Assembly: GCA_963835655.1 (NCBI GenBank)
Contig: CAWIGJ010000003.1
Span: forward strand, 868,372 to 932,371
DNA length: 64,000 nucleotides
Direction: 5' to 3'
DNA from: an uncultured Chloroflexia bacterium
Lineage (GTDB): Bacteria; Chloroflexota; Dehalococcoidia; DSTF01; JALHUB01
Positions 48,861 to 57,426 of the stretch are shown here, in pieces. A model generated the notes under the pieces. The model worked only from the letters and a program-made list of their open reading frames with translations. It was not told the DNA's origin and did not search any database. Within the stretch, counting starts at the first letter, position 1. Every line of letters starts with the position of its first letter. Made by a program: the position numbers and the translations under genes.

Positions 48861-50459
48861 CTAGCCTTTGTCTATCCAGTAGTCGTACTTGAATAGCCCG
48901 AAGCCGTTCGCAGTTGGTGTGTATCCCTTGATAAAGTCCATCGCGACCCAGTAAGCGTATGGCTGGTAAAGGGTGAGCGTCGGTCCGTGGCGCTTCAAGA
49001 TCAGCCTTTGCACATCGAGCCACGTATTGATCCGCTGCTGTTCATCGAGGATCGTTTGGGCATTCTCAATCATCGAGTCGACCTGCGGGTCGTCGACGCC
49101 GTAGTTGAACGCTTCGCTGTTGCTGAATCCGCGGCTTTGATGGAACGCCAGGGAGAAGTCAGAACCGAGATAGGGCAACTGCTGCATCAAAGTAGCCTCA
49201 AAGCTGCCGCTGTAGTACTCGGATATCCATGTGCCCTGATCTCGCTCGGCTAGGTTCGCTGTGATGCCAGCCTCCGCCAGGTTGCTCTTGATTAATGAGG
49301 CGAGGTCTGCCTGGTCCGGCGAGGAAACAAATGTGAGCGTAAAGCTCAACCCGTCGGCGCCCGCAGCAGATAGAAGACTCTTTGCCTTTGACACGTCTCT
49401 CGTGTAGGCCGCTTCAATCTCTTCCTTGGGTAGAGCCTCGTTCCCTCCTGAAGGGGGTATAGGGCCCGCCAGTTCACCGTCGCCGAAGCATATCTTCTCG
49501 ATCATCTGATTACGGTCAAGGGCCAAGTCAACCGCCTCGCGGACCCGCTCGTCCTTGAATGCCGCCAACTTTGAGCCATTGAGTATGAAGGTCATGTATA
49601 TACTTTGCAGGTATTTCTGAGTGCTGGCGCCGCTGACGTCCTTGACGGCGTCGGCGCTCGGCTTGTTTGTCGCGTTATAGACGTCGATCTGACCGCTGCG
49701 GAAGGCTGCCTGAACGGTGGCGTCATCAGTGATCACCTTAATGCTCTGCCCGTCCACGTAAGGATAATCTTGGTAATAGGTAGGGTTGCGCACCATCGAC
49801 ACCCCATCGTTGGGTCGATAGTCGGTCAGCATGAACGGCCCGCTGCCGACAACCTGAGTGCTAAGGCTATCCGCCGCTTCCACGGGAACGATGGCTGCTA
49901 TCGGGCTACCGAGCGTCAGCAGCACGGCCCAGCGTGGGTCCCTAGTCGTCAAGCTGAACGTATAATCGTCCGGAGCCGAGTAACCGATTATCCAGTCGGT
50001 CCAGGCCTGGGGAACGCCCGGCATACTCTTCATCCGGTCATAGCTCTTGACGATGTCGCCGGCCACAAGGGCACGGCCATTGGCTGGGGCGACATTCTGA
50101 AAGCGGACATCGTTGCGGATCTTGAATGTCCAAGTGACATCGTCGGGCATCTCCCACGATTCTGCCAGGTCACCGACGTTGCCCTTCCAGTCAGTCGCGT
50201 GGATCACATAACTGTAGAAGTCGGCGGCAGTTAGAAGGCCCTCCGCATTGTGAGGGTCTAAGCTAAGGATGGACGATGGGTAAGAAGTGCGGAGGGTGCC
50301 GCCGCGCACCGGTTGACCCGTCGCGCCTGTCGGGCCGGGAGTAAGCAACCCTCCCTGCTTGCTTCCGCCGCAGCCGATGAGAACGAACCCTGCGGCCCCT
50401 AAGGCTGTCACGGCCCCTCCCATGAAGCGCCGGCGCGATACCCTGGTTCTATACAACAT
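48861..50459 (-). CDS. Family-5 ABC substrate-binding Tat lipoprotein (paralog 2)
   Basis: SRRRFM Tat motif, IGC lipobox, GDLAESWE and YWIDKG end. Confidence 0.92.
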   Translation of the reverse strand: MLYRTRVSRRRFMGGAVTALGAAGFVLIGCGGSKQGGLLTPGPTGATGQPVRGGTLRTSYPSSILSLDPHNAEGLLTAADFYSYVIHATDWKGNVGDLAESWEMPDDVTWTFKIRNDVRFQNVAPANGRALVAGDIVKSYDRMKSMPGVPQAWTDWIIGYSAPDDYTFSLTTRDPRWAVLLTLGSPIAAIVPVEAADSLSTQVVGSGPFMLTDYRPNDGVSMVRNPTYYQDYPYVDGQSIKVITDDATVQAAFRSGQIDVYNATNKPSADAVKDVSGASTQKYLQSIYMTFILNGSKLAAFKDERVREAVDLALDRNQMIEKICFGDGELAGPIPPSGGNEALPKEEIEAAYTRDVSKAKSLLSAAGADGLSFTLTFVSSPDQADLASLIKSNLAEAGITANLAERDQGTWISEYYSGSFEATLMQQLPYLGSDFSLAFHQSRGFSNSEAFNYGVDDPQVDSMIENAQTILDEQQRINTWLDVQRLILKRHGPTLTLYQPYAYWVAMDFIKGYTPTANGFGLFKYDYWIDKG

Positions 50460-50900
50460 CGTTAACCCCCCTTCGTCTGCAACTAGACTCCCGCCTCTTT
50501 CGCTGGTTCATGTTGAGGTGTGCCTGTAGATGCAGCCGAATTCGCAAATTCGCGTGTCTCTGAGCGAATCGCAGAGTAGCAGCCGGACCAGAGGCTTGTC
50601 AAATGGGTGGAGATTGAATCTGTGGAGAGTTGCGGTTCTTGCTTGGTTACCCCCAAAGGTTGTTATTTCGAAATCGCCCCATTGGGGTCTGGCATTCGAT
50701 ACCACATCATCGCATACTGTTGACCGAAACCGGAAGATTGTGAGAGATTCAGGGCCGCTCAACTTTGGCGTCGTTCAGTGCGTGTAGCAGCCGTCATCTT
50801 GTCCGTGCCGCGGGAATCTGGAGGATGAACAGGTATTTCGCACACATCCCGCAACCTCATCGGCAAATCAAAACAGGAGAAGCGACAAACGGAGGAGGAC

Positions 50901-52514
50901 ATGCTTTACCAAAAGAGGATCTCACGTCGCGGTTTTCTGGCCGGAGCGGCGGCCACGGGAGGCGCGGCCGGGCTTGTTCTCATCGGCTGCGGCGGCAAGA
51001 GCGAGAATGCCGGATTGATCGCTCCGACGGGTGCGGCAGGCCAGCCGAAGAAGGGCGGCACCATTCACTTCTACACTCTAGCACCTGTTCTGAGCCTTGA
51101 ACCCGCCTCGGTTCAGGGATCCGCTTGGGCTAACTTACCGTACAGCTATGTCGTTCAGCCGACCGACTGGCACGCCCCTGACTACATAATTGGCGATCTC
51201 GCGCTGTCATGGGAGACGCCTGATGACGTGACGTGGATCTTCCACCTTCGCGACGATGCTAAATTCCCAGATATCGCGCCCACAAATGGTAGGCCGCTGG
51301 TTGCCGACGACATAGTGAAGAGCATCGATCGGCTACGCACGAAACCGGGCGTCCCCCCCGGATGGGACGAATACACGGAAAAATACGAGGCGGTGGACGC
51401 GCGAACGTGGAAGGAGACCACCAAGAAGCCATATGGTTACTTCCTGTACGACCTGGGGGGCGGCGCGACCGGCATCGTGGCTACGGACCTCGCGGAGAGT
51501 TACGGTGATGATCTGTCGAGCAAGGTGGCCGGCAGCGGGCCTTACACTGTGAAATCGTACAGTCAAAATGAAGGGTTGGAGGTGGTGCGCAATCCGCTCT
51601 ACTACCACGACTACCCGTATGTCGATGGGTTCAATTTCAAGGTCTTCACAGACGATGCGGCTGCGCAGACGGCTTTCCGGGGCAGGCAGATCGATGCCTA
51701 CAGTCCGCCCAGCAAGCCGACGGCGGACAACTTGAGGAGCGTTAGCGGCGCGAGCATCACGAGGTTCCTGGACCAGGAATGGAGCGTGTTCGTGGTGAAT
51801 GCCGTGAAGTTCCCTCAGTTCAAGGACGAACGGATACGAGAGGCAATCGATCTGTCATTGAACCGGCAGCAGATGATCGACAAGCTGCTCTTCGGAGATG
51901 CCGAGCTTGCCGGCGCGGTGCCGCCGTACTGGCCGGCCGCGCTCCCGAAGGAGGAGATCGAAGCAGCCTATCAGCGTGACGTGGAGAAGGCGAAACAGTT
52001 GCTTTCGGCGGCCAACGCATCGGATTTGACGTTCGATCTCTCCTTCGCCAGCTACCAGGACAACCCGGACCGCGCGGCGATCATCCAGAGCAATCTAGCC
52101 GATGCTGGAATCACCGTAAACCTGAAAACTGCAGATGTCGGCACTTGGCTGGATGCTCTACTGAAGAACGACTACGTAAGCACGACATACACTCAACTGC
52201 GGTACGGAAACGACTGGGTGGCGGTCAACTGGCAGCACAGCTGTGGTTATACCCACTCGGAAGCCAACTACACCGGGGTTGACGATCCTGAGGTCGACGC
52301 CCTAATAGACCAGATCAACGGGACGATCGATGACCAGGAGAGGACAAAGCTGGAGCAGGATATGCAGCGGAAGGTCCTTGCCAGGCACGGGCCAATGTTT
52401 ACCCTGTACCAGCCGTATGACTATTGGGCGGCCTACGACTACGTCAAGGGTTACACGCCGACATCGAACGGCTTTGGCCTGTACAAGTACGACTACTGGA
52501 TCGACAAAGGCTAA
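50901..52514 (+). CDS. Family-5 ABC substrate-binding Tat lipoprotein (paralog 3)
   Basis: SRRGFL Tat motif and YWIDKG end; closely colinear with paralog 1. Confidence 0.92.
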   Translation: MLYQKRISRRGFLAGAAATGGAAGLVLIGCGGKSENAGLIAPTGAAGQPKKGGTIHFYTLAPVLSLEPASVQGSAWANLPYSYVVQPTDWHAPDYIIGDLALSWETPDDVTWIFHLRDDAKFPDIAPTNGRPLVADDIVKSIDRLRTKPGVPPGWDEYTEKYEAVDARTWKETTKKPYGYFLYDLGGGATGIVATDLAESYGDDLSSKVAGSGPYTVKSYSQNEGLEVVRNPLYYHDYPYVDGFNFKVFTDDAAAQTAFRGRQIDAYSPPSKPTADNLRSVSGASITRFLDQEWSVFVVNAVKFPQFKDERIREAIDLSLNRQQMIDKLLFGDAELAGAVPPYWPAALPKEEIEAAYQRDVEKAKQLLSAANASDLTFDLSFASYQDNPDRAAIIQSNLADAGITVNLKTADVGTWLDALLKNDYVSTTYTQLRYGNDWVAVNWQHSCGYTHSEANYTGVDDPEVDALIDQINGTIDDQERTKLEQDMQRKVLARHGPMFTLYQPYDYWAAYDYVKGYTPTSNGFGLYKYDYWIDKG

Positions 52515-52527
52515 GCGACGGAAGGAG

Positions 52528-52830
52528 TGACCTGCCCCCCGAAAACGAGCCGAGATCCAATATTACTCTTCAGCGAGAGAATAGAGGATGGGCGGCAGAA
52601 AGGGGGCATCTCAGCGGGGCAGCAAGAAGCACACAACCGACGAGACCATCGGCAGGCCGAGGTCGCTCTGGCGCAGGTGTGGGGTGCCGGTTGTGGGGAG
52701 GCAAAATGCCGTCCGTATCTGGACGGTTGACGGGATGAGGCATATGGAACAGCCTTGAGGCATCATATCCTCCCGGAGGTCCAGCCTTGCCCTGTGGGGC
52801 AACAATATCGGATCCGTATCTGCGCAGGTG
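52528..52830 (+). mobile_element. Eroded IS3-family (IS407 group) 5' relic
   Basis: TGACCTGCCCCC IRL-like end. Broken frames give KKHT.DE.IG / RQAEVALAQ / DGMR (OrfA-like) and an AC..VGQHRS-like OrfB start. Confidence 0.55.
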
Positions 52831-52996
52831 AAGCGCCGGCCAACCCGTACTCGTGGCGGAGACCACCGAGAACCGGTGAGCCGATGTTCCGTGAGGCCTT
52901 GCTCAGCTGCCAAAAAGATAGATAGTCGCCGCTTGGTCGCGCGAAAAGGCCGGGCTCGTCGCCTGGCTTCGTAACCAATGCAACCCGCGAGAACGT

Positions 52997-53042
52997 TGGA
53001 GCGGGAAACGGGACTCGAACCCGCGACCCTCCGCTTGGGAAG
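52997..53042 (-). mobile_element. 3' fragment of tRNA-Gly(CCC); att-like scar
   Basis: The minus strand reads CTTCCCAAGCGGAGGGTCGCGGGTTCGAGTCCCGTTTCCCGCTCCA; the 5' half is missing. Confidence 0.85.
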
Positions 53043-53229
53043 GATGGGGTGGACGAAGCCGCTTTTTCATAGGGTATTTCAAACCGAGTCTGCCCGTTTT
53101 TCAAAACCGCACTTGCCGCATTCTTGGCAATCGGTATCGTATACGAGTATCGTCGACACCTGTCTCGATCATGCCGGTCGCGGAGCCCTTGTCTCGTCCT
53201 GTCGATGCACAGACTGGTAGAGCATCTGC

Positions 53230-53292
53230 CTCTGACGCACGGCGTTGATGCAGCTTTTTGTCTCCGACGCACGCGGCTGATGTTGCTTTTGT
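53230..53292 (+). repeat. Two imperfect ~32-bp tandem repeats upstream of an acyl-CoA ligase
   Basis: CTCTGACGCACGGCGTTGATGCAGCTTTTTGT followed by CTCCGACGCACGCGGCTGATGTTGCTTTTGT. Confidence 0.6.
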
Positions 53293-53433
53293 TTAGACAA
53301 GCACTCGGGCTTTACCCCTCACTCTTTCAGGATGGCGCTGGCCTCACTCGCCGCGAGGAACTAGAATCCGTTCGCAGGATCCGCGTCGCATGACGTCACA
53401 TATGATGGAGCTGCTTCTTGTAAGGAGAGAACC

Positions 53434-55161
53434 ATGGGGCCTTTTCCGCAGTACAGCCGCAACTACCCGCTACTTCTCACCTCATTCATGAAGAGACCTG
53501 TAGACCTCTATCCGGACGAGATAGGAGTCGTCTACCGTAATTCTCGCACTGGCAGGACGTTCCGGTTTACTTGGAAGCAATGGTATGAGCGAACAAGCCG
53601 GTTGGCGAATGCACTGCTGAAGCTGGGAGTTCGCCCGGGAACCGCGGACAAGCCGGGCGATCGTGTGTCGACCATCGCCCTAAATCACAACGCCCATCTC
53701 GAGCTCTACTACGGCGTTCCCTGTATCGGCGCCGTGCTTCATCCGATTAACATGCGCCTCTCGCAGGACCACATGGTCTACACCATTAATCATGCCGGGG
53801 ATTCCGTCCTCTTCTTCGACGACATCTTCCTGCCGCTGGTCGAGACGATCTACGACCGGATCAAGGACACGGTCAAGAAGTTCGTCTACATCTCGGACGA
53901 GCCAGGGCTGCCGAAGGAGACGAAAATCGAGAACCTCTACAGCTATGAGGACCTCCTGGCAGAGGCGTCGCCCGATTTTGAATGGCCAGTGCTACACGAA
54001 GACACGAAGGCGACACTCTGCTACACGACCGGCACCACGGGCTTGCCCAAGGGCGTAATGTTCAGTCACAGGGCGCTGTATCTGGAGGCTATCCATCTGA
54101 TCTGTTTCGACGCTTTGAGCAATGATCCGGATCATGCGCACGAAGGCGAGTCCCGGGTTGTTTTGCTCAACACTCCACTGTTCCACATTCATGGTTGGGC
54201 CGCTCCCTACTATGCGGTCTTCGCCGGCATGCGGATCGTGCTGCCGGGCACGTTCACGGCCGACGGTTTCTGTGAGCTTGTGCAAAACGAGCAGGTTACG
54301 AGCACTCAGGCAGTGCCAACAATGCTGGCGATGCTCCTCGAGTACCCGGACGTCGGCAAGTACGACCTGAGCAGCATACGGAACTGCGGCGTGGGCGGCG
54401 GCGCCTTGCCGCTCGGCTTGAAGACAAAGGCCGAGAAGCTATTCCCGTTCAAAGCCGCTTCTGGCTACGGCATGACCGAGACAGCGCCTGTGACTATCGC
54501 TGCCTTCATCAAGAAGGATGATGCTGAGCTATCGGAGGAAGAGCGGGAGAAGCTCCTAGTGAAGACAGGCATCGCGATTCCGGGGCTCGACGTGCAAGTC
54601 GTTGGTGAGGACGGAAAACCGGTGCCTTACGACGACTCGACGCTAGGAGAGATCGTCATCCGCGGGCCGTGGGTGATGGATGAGTACTTCAAAGACCCCG
54701 AGCGCACGGCGGAGGTTTGGCGGGGCGGCTGGTTCCACACCGGCGATGTCGCCAAGGTCGACGAAAAGGGTTACATCACCATCGCGGACCGGCAGTCCGA
54801 CATCATTCGAAGCGGCTCGGAAATGGTGCCGACAGTCCTCCTTGAGAACACCGTCGCCTCGGCCGACTTCATCCTGGAAGCGGCGGTTGTCGGCGTGCCG
54901 GATGACAAATGGGGCCAGCGGCCGATGGTGATGGTCACCTTGGTCCCCGGCGCCAACGCGACGGAAGAAGACGTGATGAAGCATCTGATGATTGAGGGCG
55001 TCGACAAGGGCAAGATCACGAAGTGGATGCTTCCCGACTATGTCCTCATTACGAAGGACATTCCGAAGACCAGCGTCGGCAAGTTCAACAAGCTCGTCAT
55101 CAACCAGAACGTGGCAGACTTCGTGTCGAAGGCAAAGCGCGTGCGGACCTTGAGCAGCTAG
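53434..55161 (+). CDS. Medium/long-chain fatty acid-CoA ligase (AlkK/DmdB-like clade)
   Basis: CYTTGTTGLPKG, PLFH.HGW, GYGMTE, GWFHTGD and PKTSVGKF motifs. Confidence 0.92.
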   Translation: MGPFPQYSRNYPLLLTSFMKRPVDLYPDEIGVVYRNSRTGRTFRFTWKQWYERTSRLANALLKLGVRPGTADKPGDRVSTIALNHNAHLELYYGVPCIGAVLHPINMRLSQDHMVYTINHAGDSVLFFDDIFLPLVETIYDRIKDTVKKFVYISDEPGLPKETKIENLYSYEDLLAEASPDFEWPVLHEDTKATLCYTTGTTGLPKGVMFSHRALYLEAIHLICFDALSNDPDHAHEGESRVVLLNTPLFHIHGWAAPYYAVFAGMRIVLPGTFTADGFCELVQNEQVTSTQAVPTMLAMLLEYPDVGKYDLSSIRNCGVGGGALPLGLKTKAEKLFPFKAASGYGMTETAPVTIAAFIKKDDAELSEEEREKLLVKTGIAIPGLDVQVVGEDGKPVPYDDSTLGEIVIRGPWVMDEYFKDPERTAEVWRGGWFHTGDVAKVDEKGYITIADRQSDIIRSGSEMVPTVLLENTVASADFILEAAVVGVPDDKWGQRPMVMVTLVPGANATEEDVMKHLMIEGVDKGKITKWMLPDYVLITKDIPKTSVGKFNKLVINQNVADFVSKAKRVRTLSS

Positions 55162-55290
55162 AACTCGGTAGCCTTCGACTCACAGAATTGATGCAGCCTC
55201 TGTCTATCACGCACAGGGTCGTAACCACCGCTTGGGGGAGTGGCAAGTATGACACACAGTATCTGTACCGAGCCCCACGCGTCCTCGAGG

Positions 55291-55965
55291 CTACCACCCC
55301 GGTGGAGCGTTGGGAGTCCACATCATGGCCAGAAGGGCATCGCCGCGGTCCCGATTGACCGGCCTGAACACCTCCCACTCGTGCCGCTCCACCTGCACCT
55401 CGACAAGCGGGTAACCGATCGGCTCGCCCGCTCCGATGCAGACGAAGGTCTCCGGGTCGAAGTCGTGCACCCCGTACGCTTGGGCGATGGCCTGACCTAC
55501 CTCCTGCTGCCACACTGTCGGGCGCACCCCCGGCGTCGGAACCAGCGCTGCTCCCAGCGTCATGACGCGCATGGCGGCGGGGTGAGCGAAGCGGCCGACC
55601 GATAGTCGGCGTGAGCTGTCCTCCACTCGTGCGGCTCCAAGGGCAAGGACCTCCAGGTATGCGAAGAGGCCTCGCCGCCGGAACTGAGGGGCGATGCAGG
55701 AGATGCCGGCCAGGTTGACGGCCTGCGCCGGCAGTCGCGGCAGGTCCATCATCCGGCACTCGCCGAGAGCGAAGCCGGCCGGGATGCCCTGGTGCTCAGC
55801 CAGGGCCAGGTGGCGCAGCACCCGCAGGGACTTCTCGACGTGGGCACGGTTGGCCTGACGGTAGTTCATCTCGAAGAGCGCGAAGATGGTCTCGAGGTCC
55901 TGACTCGATGCCTTGTCCGTCTCGATGACCCTGAAGTCGAATGGCGAGAAGTCGCGGGTTTTCAT
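55291..55965 (-). CDS. GNAT-fold protein
   Basis: CIAPQFRRRGL motif A. The start is uncertain; the frame is open to 56052. Confidence 0.65.
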   Translation of the reverse strand: MKTRDFSPFDFRVIETDKASSQDLETIFALFEMNYRQANRAHVEKSLRVLRHLALAEHQGIPAGFALGECRMMDLPRLPAQAVNLAGISCIAPQFRRRGLFAYLEVLALGAARVEDSSRRLSVGRFAHPAAMRVMTLGAALVPTPGVRPTVWQQEVGQAIAQAYGVHDFDPETFVCIGAGEPIGYPLVEVQVERHEWEVFRPVNRDRGDALLAMMWTPNAPPGW

Positions 55966-56170
55966 ACCGGCCGGATCATACTCCGTCCCCGCCGCGGGTG
56001 CACGTCGATGTACTGGATGGCGTGGCCACAGCAACCTCGACTGTGCCAGCAATCAGGGGCAGTTCACTCTCCAGATGTGATGGAGCGCGATGACCCAACA
56101 GGCCAGATACCGGGGTATAATCGGCCCGGACGAGTCAACACCACAGAGCGCGCACCAGAGGAACGAGCCA

Positions 56171-57115
56171 ATGAATGAGCAAGCTAACCGAGAAATGAAG
56201 TTCGTGGAGAACTTCATTGAGTTTGGGGCGCTGCATCGCGCACGCGTCGCCTGGGGCCTGCGCGAACAGTTCAGGCGGACTCCGAAGGAACAGGCGAACT
56301 TGCGCGCGTCGCTGGCACTGGATCTCGTCCAGACATACTTGAACACCTTCGAGGACATCGCGATCTGGCTGCATGTCCTGCAGAAGTGGACCCGACGCGA
56401 AGGCAACGTCACAGAACTCCTCGACAGAGAGCGGGCCCTCGGTCAACGACACCACGTCAGCCATCTGCAACGACTCAGCGTGCCTGAGGGTGGTCACACC
56501 GGAGAGAGCCTCGGACGCCGGCTTGGTCTTCCGTACAAGGATCGGGACAACTGGGAGGCGGTGCACCCCTCTAGCCGAGACCGACTGCGGCGGGACATCG
56601 ATGAGCTGGCCAGGCTGTCTAACGCTCTCTTCTCAGGGGCGCAGAGTTGGACAAGGTCGGGCGACTTGGGTCTATGGAGGGCATGGAACAAGACTAAACA
56701 CGGCATATTCGTCACTCTGAGGCGAAGCAGGACAGGAGCAGGGAACATCCTCACAATCCACGTCAACCCCGACGATCTCGGGGAACGCTATGAGCTGCCC
56801 GTGCAGGACCGACACTTAGTGAGGCTGTTGGTGAGGACCTTCATGGGTTGCGTCTTTCTGGGGCGCGCGCTGGACGTTGTGTATCAGCTTCGGTTTCAGC
56901 GCGTGCCTGAGGTCAGTTGGATGGCCCACGCTGCTGCCATGAATATGACAGAGGTTAGACGAGAAGACGTCGAGGAGGTGCTCACCGCCTCGCATGTTCA
57001 GAGGCAGTCCTGGATGCTCGGCTCTGGCCCTCACGATCGGCCGTATCAGCTTGAGTCCACGTTCGCCCTCAAGTTGGCCTCCGGGTGGCGGACAAGTGAA
57101 ACCGACACCGACTAG
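56171..57115 (+). CDS. Hypothetical helical protein, possibly HEPN-like
   Basis: Long ORF with no recognised family; contains WRAWNKTKHG. Confidence 0.6.
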   Translation: MNEQANREMKFVENFIEFGALHRARVAWGLREQFRRTPKEQANLRASLALDLVQTYLNTFEDIAIWLHVLQKWTRREGNVTELLDRERALGQRHHVSHLQRLSVPEGGHTGESLGRRLGLPYKDRDNWEAVHPSSRDRLRRDIDELARLSNALFSGAQSWTRSGDLGLWRAWNKTKHGIFVTLRRSRTGAGNILTIHVNPDDLGERYELPVQDRHLVRLLVRTFMGCVFLGRALDVVYQLRFQRVPEVSWMAHAAAMNMTEVRREDVEEVLTASHVQRQSWMLGSGPHDRPYQLESTFALKLASGWRTSETDTD

Positions 57116-57295
57116 GCGGACTAGGCCATTCGCCGGTATCGCCCCCCTGGTACTCGATGTCCCTTGACTTCGTCGCCCACTAATGCAATTTAGTGTCATA
57201 TTGTCGGGGGCGGATAGGATCGAAGCATCTGCCTCTCACAGACGCTTGAGAGGCTCGCCGTACGCTGGATCAAAGACTGAAGTGAAATGGGGACC

Positions 57296-57366
57296 CTCTG
57301 CCTATCACCCAGAAGGTCGCAGGCCTGCCTGCCGGTAGGCAGGTTCGAGCCCTGCATCGCCCACCA
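57296..57366 (+). pseudogene. 3' tRNA relic (Val-type acceptor) with a 20-nt palindromic insertion in the T-arm
   Basis: Removing 57324-57343 gives ...AGAAGGTC-GCAGG-TTCGAGC-CCTGC-ATCGCCC-A-CCA. Confidence 0.75.
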
Positions 57367-57426
57367 AGACCGCTGCCGAGCGGCGCTTCTCGCCTTGGCT
57401 AATCACAAGAGTGTTTGGCACGACCA

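Noticed and set aside
52763-53272. ORFs spanning the tRNA-Gly fragment (and ORFs across the 24.7-25.3 kb tRNA cluster)
   Set aside because: Translations of tRNA sequence (GGSRVRVP, ERETGLEPAT) are typical spurious ORFs.
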